Shown: positions 57,174 through 64,000 of the stretch, piece after piece
Layout of the letters: each line of letters starts with the position of its first letter
How positions within the stretch are numbered: position 1 is the stretch's first letter
NCBI GenBank assembly: GCA_965223415.1
Contig: OZ245002.1
Span: forward strand, 1,248,001-1,312,000
DNA: 64,000 bases
From: Myxococcota bacterium
Lineage (GTDB): Bacteria > Myxococcota_A > UBA9160 > UBA6930
Direction of reading: 5' to 3'
Program-made: the position numbers and the translations under genes
The notes under the pieces: model-generated
Told to the model about the DNA's origin: nothing
The model's input: only the letters and a program-made list of their open reading frames with translations
The model's database searches: none

Positions 57174-58010
57174 ATGAAGCGGCTGGAGGAACGGGTGGCG
57201 GTGATCACGGGTGGTGCGAGCGGCCTCGGCGAGGCGACGGCGCGCCGCTTCGCGTCCGAGGGCGCCCGGGTCGTGATCGCCGACGTGCAGCGGGAGCGCG
57301 GAGAGGCCGTCGCAGCCGAGCTCGGGGAGGCGGCGCGCTTCCATCCGACCGACGTCACCCGCGAGAGCGAGATCGCCGCCGCCATCGATCTCGCCGTTGG
57401 TCGCTGGGGACGGCTCGATTGCATGTTCGCCAACGCCGGCGTCGTCGGCGCCATCGGGCCGATCGACGAGACGCCGGCGGAGGAGTACGACGCCACCATG
57501 GCGATCCTCCTGCGCGGGACCTTCCTGTGCATGAAGCACGCGGCCCGGGCGATGAAGCCGCGCCGCGCCGGGACGATCCTCTGCACGTCGAGCATCGCCG
57601 GCCTCCAGGGTGGCCTCGGCCCCCACGTCTATGCCGCGGCGAAGGCCGGCCTGATCGGGCTCACCCGCAACGTGGCTGCGGAGCTCGGCCGCTTCGGCAT
57701 CCGCGTCAACTGCATCGCACCCGGCAACATCGCGACGCCGATGGTCGCCGACGTCGTGCTCGGCGACCCGGCCGGCGTCGACCAGGCCACCGAGAGCTTG
57801 GCCGAGCGGTCGCCGCTCAAGGACCGCCCGGGCCTGGCCGGCGACATCGCCGAGGCGGCCCTCTGGCTCGCCAGCGACGAGGCGGGCTACGTGAACGGCC
57901 ATACCCTCGTGGTGGACGGGGGTCTCACCACCGGCGTCTCGACGACGACGCCCCCGATCTTCCGCAAGCACGGCGAGTGGATCGGCGAGGCGGGTCGGAG
58001 GGGGGTCTAG
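57174..58010 (+). CDS. SDR oxidoreductase
   Basis: TGGASGLG, FANAG, YAAAK. Confidence 0.93.
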   Translation: MKRLEERVAVITGGASGLGEATARRFASEGARVVIADVQRERGEAVAAELGEAARFHPTDVTRESEIAAAIDLAVGRWGRLDCMFANAGVVGAIGPIDETPAEEYDATMAILLRGTFLCMKHAARAMKPRRAGTILCTSSIAGLQGGLGPHVYAAAKAGLIGLTRNVAAELGRFGIRVNCIAPGNIATPMVADVVLGDPAGVDQATESLAERSPLKDRPGLAGDIAEAALWLASDEAGYVNGHTLVVDGGLTTGVSTTTPPIFRKHGEWIGEAGRRGV

Positions 58011-58813
58011 TCGGTCTCGGACGGATCGGCCGGCAGATCGTTGAAGCCCGCCAGGTAGCGGCCGGCGTGGGCGCCGCCGTCGACCGGGAGATCGATGCCG
58101 GTGCAGTGACGGCTCGCATCGGAGGCGAGGAAGAGCACGGCGTCCGCGATCGCGTCGAGCGGCGCCTCCCCGGGAAGCGCGCGGTCTTCGGTGTAGGCCT
58201 TGGTCTGCTCCAGCAGCCCGACGAGCTGCTGGATCCAGGGGCCGTACATCTCGGGGTTGCCGCCGGCTGGGCACACGGTGTTCACCCGGATCCCGTCGCG
58301 CCCGAGCTCGAGTGCCGCGCTCTTCGCCAGGCCCCGCAAGCCCCACTTGCTGGCGGCGTAGACGGCCACGCCGTTCATCCCCAGCAGCCCGTCGACGGAG
58401 GCGACGTTGACGATCGAGCCCTTCCCCTGGCTCCGCATCGCTGGCGCCACGGCGCGGATGCCGAGGAAGGGGCCGATCAGGTTGACGTCGACGACGCTCC
58501 GCGCCTGCTCCGGCGACGTGCGCTCGATCGCTCCCATCTGCAGACGCCCGGCGTTGTTGACGAGGACGTCGATGCGGCCTTGACGGGAGAGTGCCCCCTC
58601 GACCACGCGGCCCCAGTCGTCCTCGCTCGTCACATCGAGCGGCTCGTAGGTCGCGCCATCGCCGAGCTGGGCGGCCATGGATCTTCCCTCTTCGTGACGC
58701 AGGTCTCCGAGCACGACCCGGGCGCCGGCGGCGGTGAGGCGCCGGGCGATCACTGCGCCGACGCCGCGGGCGGCGCCGGTCACGATGGCGACACGATCGT
58801 GCAGCGGGTCCAT
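58007..58813 (-). CDS. SDR oxidoreductase
   Basis: TGAARGVG, LVNNAG, YAASK. Confidence 0.93.
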   Translation of the reverse strand: MDPLHDRVAIVTGAARGVGAVIARRLTAAGARVVLGDLRHEEGRSMAAQLGDGATYEPLDVTSEDDWGRVVEGALSRQGRIDVLVNNAGRLQMGAIERTSPEQARSVVDVNLIGPFLGIRAVAPAMRSQGKGSIVNVASVDGLLGMNGVAVYAASKWGLRGLAKSAALELGRDGIRVNTVCPAGGNPEMYGPWIQQLVGLLEQTKAYTEDRALPGEAPLDAIADAVLFLASDASRHCTGIDLPVDGGAHAGRYLAGFNDLPADPSETD

Positions 58814-58815
58814 CG

Positions 58816-59727
58816 CTAGAGCTCGCTTCGCAGGAAGTCGAGCGTGCGCGGGACGGCGCCCTCTTCGCCGGGGAACACGCTGGCCGCGAAGTCGGTCACG
58901 CCGGCGTCGCGATAGGCCGCCAGCCCCGCCCGGAGGGTGGCCTCGTCGCCCACCAGGGCGAGCGCGCCGGGGCTGGCCGCGCCTTCCCGGTCGAGCATCG
59001 CCCGGTAGGAGGGCAGCCTTCCGTAGATCTTGAAGGTGGCGTCGCAGGCCGCCCGAGCGGCGGCCGGATCCCGGGCCAGGGAGATCGGGACGGCCGACTG
59101 GACGCGGGGCGCGGGACGGCCCGCCGCTTCCGCGGCCTTGCCGATGCCCGACACGATGTGGCTCGCGAGGGTGCGGAGGCCCGTCATCCAGGTCGACGTG
59201 CCGTCGGCCAGCTCACCCGCCACCTCCAGCATGCGGGGCCCGAGCGCGGCGACCAGCACGGAGACGCGGGAGGCGCCCGCGACTTGCAGCGCGGCGTGGA
59301 CCCGGTAGATCTCGCCGTCGAAGGCCACGGGCTTGCCTTCGAGGAGGGGCACCAACGCGGACAGGTACTCCCGCATCTGCTTCGCCGGACGGGCGTAGGA
59401 CAAGCCGAACATGTCCTCGATGACGGCCTTGTGGGAGAGGCCCACGCCGAGGGTGAAGCGACCGCCGCTGGCAGCCTGGGCAGTGAGCGCCTGCTGGGCC
59501 ATCGCCGCCGGGTGGCGGGGAGCCGCTGGGACGACGGAGGGAATCAGCTCGATCCGGCTCGTCTCCCGGCCAGCGACGGTGAGCATGCCGATCGCGTCGA
59601 GGCCGAAGATGCTGGGAACGACGTAGAAGGCGAAGCCGTCCGCTTCGACGCGCCGCGCCTCCAGGGCGATCTGGTCGAGGGTCGTCGTCGGCTCGCCGGC
59701 GCGGGCGCTCACGTATCCGATCTTCAT
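58816..59727 (-). CDS. LLM-class oxidoreductase, probably F420-dependent
   Basis: PRHP..MAQQALT, GRFTLGVGLSH, AALGPRML, ADGT. Confidence 0.88.
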   Translation of the reverse strand: MKIGYVSARAGEPTTTLDQIALEARRVEADGFAFYVVPSIFGLDAIGMLTVAGRETSRIELIPSVVPAAPRHPAAMAQQALTAQAASGGRFTLGVGLSHKAVIEDMFGLSYARPAKQMREYLSALVPLLEGKPVAFDGEIYRVHAALQVAGASRVSVLVAALGPRMLEVAGELADGTSTWMTGLRTLASHIVSGIGKAAEAAGRPAPRVQSAVPISLARDPAAARAACDATFKIYGRLPSYRAMLDREGAASPGALALVGDEATLRAGLAAYRDAGVTDFAASVFPGEEGAVPRTLDFLRSEL

Positions 59728-59742
59728 CCCGCGTCTCCTCTT

Positions 59743-60576
59743 CTACACCCGCGCCCTCGGCGCGGGAAGCCCCGGCACCGCCACGCGGGTGCGGAAGACG
59801 CAGCCGCCGAGGCTCGGGTCCAGGTGGTCGCCGGTCGCGACGTAGAGATCCCTGCGGTCCGCGCCTCCGAAGCAGACGCTCGCGACCGAGGGCGCGGGCA
59901 CTTCGAGAGTGCGCTCGAGGGCGCCGTCGGGCGTGTAGCGGGCCGCGCAGCCGGCGCCGAAGAGGGCGACCCAGACACAGCCCTCCTCGTCCACCGCCAG
60001 CCCGTCGGGAGCCCCGCCCTCCGCCTTCACGAAGACGCGCCGGTTCGAGACGCCCCCGTCGTCGGCCACGTCGTGGAGGATGACGTGGCCGCGAGCGCTG
60101 TCGCTGTGATAGAGACGCCGGCCATCGGGCGAGAAGCCGATGCCGTTGGTGAGCACCACGTCGTCGTAGAGCTCCTCCGCCTCACCGCCGGGGCCGATGC
60201 GGTAGAGCTCTCCCGGCGCGCGCTTCGCGCCCTCGGCAAACGGGTTGAAGCGCTGGGAGCCCACCAGGACGCGACCGGCGCCATCCGTGAAGAGGTCGTT
60301 GAAGCCCGGGACGCCGTCCTTGCGGAACACCGTCCGCGATTGGCCGTCGCGAACGTGGCAGATGTCCTTGCCGGAGATCACGATCCCGCCCTCGGCATGG
60401 AGCGCGATCCCGCCGACGCCACGACGCTTCGGCACGAGGGTATCGATCGTCCCGTCGGTCGACCGCCGGTAGACGCCGCCGCCGCGGGCGTCGCTGAAGT
60501 GGAGCCGGTCTTCGTCGTCGACCCGCGGGCCTTCGATCAGCCCGTAGCCGGTCAGCAGGGTTTCGAGCTCCGCCAC
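59743..60576 (-). CDS. SMP-30/gluconolactonase-family protein
   Basis: IEGP, FND, NGIGFSPD, PDGLAVD, FGGAD. Confidence 0.9.
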   Translation of the reverse strand: MAELETLLTGYGLIEGPRVDDEDRLHFSDARGGGVYRRSTDGTIDTLVPKRRGVGGIALHAEGGIVISGKDICHVRDGQSRTVFRKDGVPGFNDLFTDGAGRVLVGSQRFNPFAEGAKRAPGELYRIGPGGEAEELYDDVVLTNGIGFSPDGRRLYHSDSARGHVILHDVADDGGVSNRRVFVKAEGGAPDGLAVDEEGCVWVALFGAGCAARYTPDGALERTLEVPAPSVASVCFGGADRRDLYVATGDHLDPSLGGCVFRTRVAVPGLPAPRARV

Positions 60577-60578
60577 GG

Positions 60579-61439
60579 TCAGGGCGCCAGCGCTTCGAGC
60601 AGCTTCCAGTGGGGCCCGCGCCCCTCCGGGTTCAGGGGGCTCACCGCGATGTGGGACGCGCCGGCCTCGCGGTGGGCCGCCATGCGCTCGCGGATGCGGG
60701 CCTTGCTGCCCCAGGCGACGCAGCCGTCGATCAGCCGGTCGCTCCCGCCCTCCTCGAAGTCCGCCTCGTCGTAGCCCCACGCCATCCACTGCTTCCGATA
60801 CGCCGGAAGCGGGAGGTAGATGCCGAGGGCCTTACGGCCGATGGCGCGGGCGCGGGCGGCATCTTCGCAGAGACACGCGGGAACGACGACGTTCAAGCGC
60901 TTGTCGGCGCCCAAGGTGTCCCGGGCCTGGCGCGTGTGCTCCGGCGGCATCAGGTAGGTGTTCGCACCGTCGGCCCGGGAGGCGGCGAGCCGCAGCAGGC
61001 CGGGGCCGTGGGCCGCGAGCCAGATCGGGGACGGCGCCGGCGGCGCGGGCGCCGCCACCTTCGTGCCCTCGATCGTGTCCAGGTAGGCGCGCATCTTCCG
61101 CACCGGAGGGAGCCACTCGACACCGTGGGCCTCCGCCATCGGCGGGTGGGAGACCCCGAGCCCGAGCACGAAACGCCCGCCGGAAAGCTCGGCCAGGGTG
61201 TGTCGGGCCTGGGCGGTGACCAGGGCGTCCCGCGAGTAGACGTTGGCGATGCCCGTCGCCACCTTGAGCCGCGTCGTGCGCGCCAGTACGAAGGAGACCG
61301 TCGCGAAGGGCTCGCGGCCGAAGAACTCGGGCACCCACAGGGCCTCGTAGCCCAGGTCCTCGAGGCGCAGCGCGAAGCGCTCCAGCTCGTCGGCGGCGAG
61401 GCCGTCGGTGAAGAAGATGACGCTCGGGTTCAGCTCCAC
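60579..61439 (-). CDS. LLM-class oxidoreductase, probably F420-dependent
   Basis: LGYEALWVPE, ATGIANVY, GRFVLGLGVSH, AAHGP. Confidence 0.88.
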   Translation of the reverse strand: MELNPSVIFFTDGLAADELERFALRLEDLGYEALWVPEFFGREPFATVSFVLARTTRLKVATGIANVYSRDALVTAQARHTLAELSGGRFVLGLGVSHPPMAEAHGVEWLPPVRKMRAYLDTIEGTKVAAPAPPAPSPIWLAAHGPGLLRLAASRADGANTYLMPPEHTRQARDTLGADKRLNVVVPACLCEDAARARAIGRKALGIYLPLPAYRKQWMAWGYDEADFEEGGSDRLIDGCVAWGSKARIRERMAAHREAGASHIAVSPLNPEGRGPHWKLLEALAP

Positions 61440-61452
61440 GTGCGGTCTCCCG

Positions 61453-62289
61453 TCAGGCGACGCGTTCGAAGATCTTGGCGAAGGCCTCGGTGCACCGGAG
61501 CCATCCGTCCTGGTCCCGCTGCAACGGCTCGGCGACGATGTGCTGGATTCCCGCCGCCATGTACTGCTCGAGCTCGCGCTCGATCTGCTCCGCGCCGTCG
61601 CGCAGGGCGTCCCAGCTCGGACGCATCGAAAGGGTGAAGGAGGCCTCGGGCCGGTCCCGGCGAAGCCGGTTCGTGAGCTCGGCGGTCTTCTCGGGCGTCT
61701 GGAACGCGCCGTGCCAGCCGTCTCCCACCTCCACGGCGCGGCGCAGCGCACGCTCACTGTGCCCGCCCACCCAGATCGGAACCGACCGTTCGGGCTGGGG
61801 CTTCACGCGCATCGCGTTCATCGTGACGCCGGTGGTCGGCGCCATGGCGTCGATCGGGTCGTCGGTCCAGCAGCGGCGGAGGAGATCGATCGTTTCGTCG
61901 GTTCGGACGCCGCGCTCATCGAAAGGAACGCCGAGGGCCGCGAACTCCTCCGCCAGCCATCCGCCTGCGGCCCCCAGGATGACGCGACCGCCGCTCATCA
62001 GGTCGAGGGAGCCCAGCATCTTCGCGAGCAGTACCGGCGGCCGCATCGGCAGCACGAGGACGCTCGTCCCGAGCCCCACCCGTTCGGTTGCGGCCGCGGC
62101 CCAGGTCAGCGCGATCAGGGGTTCGAGGATGTAGGAGGACGGCGGATACGCCGCGTCCTTCGGCAGGGCCAGGTGATCGCTCACCCAGACGTCGGAGAAG
62201 CCGAGCTCCTCGGCCTGGCGCGCGACGGCGCGGATCGCCCGCGCCGAAGCGGCCGGGCCCGACTGGGGAAGATGGACGCCGAACTTCAA
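61453..62289 (-). CDS. LLM-class oxidoreductase, probably F420-dependent
   Basis: TTG start; GFSDVWVSDH, LGTSVLVLP, EEFAALG, PIWVGG, GDGW. Confidence 0.88.
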   Translation of the reverse strand: MKFGVHLPQSGPAASARAIRAVARQAEELGFSDVWVSDHLALPKDAAYPPSSYILEPLIALTWAAAATERVGLGTSVLVLPMRPPVLLAKMLGSLDLMSGGRVILGAAGGWLAEEFAALGVPFDERGVRTDETIDLLRRCWTDDPIDAMAPTTGVTMNAMRVKPQPERSVPIWVGGHSERALRRAVEVGDGWHGAFQTPEKTAELTNRLRRDRPEASFTLSMRPSWDALRDGAEQIERELEQYMAAGIQHIVAEPLQRDQDGWLRCTEAFAKIFERVA

Positions 62290-62467
62290 GGCCGGCCCCT
62301 GCGGCGCTCGGCCCACTCCTGGGCTCGGAGCTGGGCTCGGAGGTTCCGTCCCTGCAGCCTCACGCCGGTCCCTTTCGTCCTCGATCGCGCTAGGTTGTTT
62401 AACACGATCCGCCGCCGGGCACACCTCGATCGGTCTCCCACCGCGCGACCGGTGGCGTGAGGAAGCG

Positions 62468-63655
62468 ATGAGCAAGACGAAGCTGATCGAGATGGCGCGA
62501 CGCAACCTGGCCCACGTGAAGGCGGGCACGGTGGACCAGGAACCGGACGTCTTTCGGGTACCCGCCGGCAACTACTACGAGCCCGATCGCTGGCGCCTCG
62601 AGGTCGACCGGATCTTCAAGCGGCTGCCGCTCACCCTCGCCTTCTCGACGGAGCTGCGGAGCCCGGGCGACTACCGCTCGCTCCTGGTCGCCGACGTCCC
62701 GGTGCTCCTGACCCGAGGCTCCGACGGCTCCGTGCGCGCGTTCCTGAACGTGTGCAGCCATCGCGGGGCCGTCGTCGTGCCCGAAGGCAGCGGGAGCGCG
62801 CGGCGCTTCACCTGCCCCTACCACGCCTGGAGCTACGACAACGAGGGCGGGCTCGTCGGCATCTACAAGCAGAAGGACTTCGGCGAGGTGGACAAGAGCT
62901 GCATGGGGCTGACGCCCCTGCCGGTCGCCGAGCGGGCCGGGCTGATCTTCGCGGTGCTCACGCCGGGCGTCGACATCGACTTCGATACCTTCCTCTGCGG
63001 CTACGACGAGCTGCTGGCTCACCACCACTTCGACGAGTGTCACCTGGTCGGGCGCCAGTCGATCGAAGGGCCGAACTGGAAGGTCGCCTACGACGGCTAT
63101 CTCGACTTCTACCACCTCCCGATCCTGCACAAGGACTCCTTCGGGTCGAGCTTTCCGAGCGACGCCCTCTACGACGCGTTCGGGCCCCACCAGAGGGTGA
63201 GCATGCCGGACCCGCGCTACCTGGGGCTCGAGGAGAAGCCGGAGGAGGAGTGGGACCCGGCCGGCCTGATCGCCGGCGTCTGGACCATCTTCCCCCACAT
63301 CTCGATCGCAGATTTCGACGCCGGCGGGAAGCTCTACATGGTCTCGCAGCTCTTCCCCGGACCCACCGCCGACGAGTCGGTCACGGTGCAGAACTTCCTC
63401 ACCACGAGCGAGCCCGACGAGGAACGGCGGGAGCAGATTGCGGGGATGATGAAGTTCCTGGAGCACGTCGTGAAGGACGAGGATTACTTCACGGGCAACC
63501 GCATCCAGAAGGCGGTCAAGACCGGCGCTCGCGAGGAGTTCGTCTTCGGGCGCAACGAGGGAGGCGGCCAGCGCTTCCATCGCTGGGTCGAGGCCTTGCT
63601 CCACACCGAGGACGCCGGGCTCGGGAAACTCTTCACCGGGGGCGTCCCGGACTAG
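62468..63655 (+). CDS. Rieske non-heme iron oxygenase alpha subunit
   Basis: NVCSHRG...CPYHAW Rieske motif; NWK, DFYHLPILH mononuclear iron motif; ED. Confidence 0.93.
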   Translation: MSKTKLIEMARRNLAHVKAGTVDQEPDVFRVPAGNYYEPDRWRLEVDRIFKRLPLTLAFSTELRSPGDYRSLLVADVPVLLTRGSDGSVRAFLNVCSHRGAVVVPEGSGSARRFTCPYHAWSYDNEGGLVGIYKQKDFGEVDKSCMGLTPLPVAERAGLIFAVLTPGVDIDFDTFLCGYDELLAHHHFDECHLVGRQSIEGPNWKVAYDGYLDFYHLPILHKDSFGSSFPSDALYDAFGPHQRVSMPDPRYLGLEEKPEEEWDPAGLIAGVWTIFPHISIADFDAGGKLYMVSQLFPGPTADESVTVQNFLTTSEPDEERREQIAGMMKFLEHVVKDEDYFTGNRIQKAVKTGAREEFVFGRNEGGGQRFHRWVEALLHTEDAGLGKLFTGGVPD

Positions 63656-63678
63656 GCAGGAGTGCTTATCCTGAGCGG

Positions 63679-64000
63679 ATGGACGCCTCACCCGCGACGA
63701 TTCCCTTCGCCAAGCTGCTGCTGGCCTTCGCCCCGAGCCTCCTCCTCCTGGAGATCCTGCGGCGCTGGTCCGTGGGCGCCGGGGCAGCGCTCTACGCGAA
63801 CGTGCGCATGCTCGTCCAGCTCCTGGCGGTGGGGTACCTGCTGACAGCCGTCTTCGAGACCGACCAACCGGCGGTCGTCGTCCTCGTCGTGGGCGTGATG
63901 GTCGGCATCTCCGCCTGGATCGCCCTGCGTCCAGTCGAGGCGCCGGGCGTCCACGGCTACCTCCTCGCCCTGGTCGCGATCGCGACCAGCGGCCTCACCC
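63679..64000 (+). CDS. Partial ABC transporter permease (FetB/UPF0014-like), runs off the right edge
   Basis: MDASPATIPFAKLLLAF...RMLVQLLAVGYLL motif; no stop before position 64000. Confidence 0.75.
   Translation, partial: MDASPATIPFAKLLLAFAPSLLLLEILRRWSVGAGAALYANVRMLVQLLAVGYLLTAVFETDQPAVVVLVVGVMVGISAWIALRPVEAPGVHGYLLALVAIATSGLT

Noticed and set aside
54990..58346. 1118-aa giant molybdoenzyme fusion
   Set aside because: The first ~400 codons are antisense to the SDR at 57174-58010; the real start is the ATG at 57134 just before the Fe-S motif
62319..62342. (CTGGGCTCGGAG)x2 upstream of an LLM gene
   Set aside because: Only two copies; could be a chance duplication and cannot be supported as an operator
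1..64000. Integrase, phage structural genes, reverse transcriptase, cas genes or recognisable defence systems
   Set aside because: No diagnostic motifs found by eye in any ORF; remote homologues among the orphans cannot be excluded

Overview
High-GC bacterial chromosomal window with three zones. (1) 1-8.84 kb is the right-hand part of an integrated element. It carries a translationally coupled minus-strand operon of nine or more genes: two ribbon-helix-helix proteins, small orphans, a MOBF/TrwC-like relaxase with degenerate HUH and helicase motifs, and a type IV coupling ATPase with intact Walker motifs. It also has a 444-aa orphan and ends at a 3'-half copy of tRNA-Arg(TCG), an att-like site at 8790-8842. 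(2) 8.84-17.33 kb is a second accessory block: IS481, an SDR, a lipoprotein gene split by an intact IS21 with a 5-bp target duplication, TetR, and a CPA2 antiporter-EIIA fusion. It is closed by an exact 20-bp repeat of the same tRNA anticodon arm (17314-17333). (3) 17.3-64 kb is lipid, steroid and xenobiotic oxidative metabolism: 2 BVMOs, P450, Rieske oxygenase, TauD, PhyH, many SDRs, F420-type LLM/DDN/PPOX enzymes, 2 WS/DGATs, a Mo-oxidoreductase, haloalkane dehalogenase, PhoD and a TreT-like glycosyltransferase. Many deletion-type pseudogene fragments lie between 17 and 35 kb. No CRISPR array, rRNA, intact tRNA or integrase is visible. All family calls come from motif recognition by eye, without database searches.
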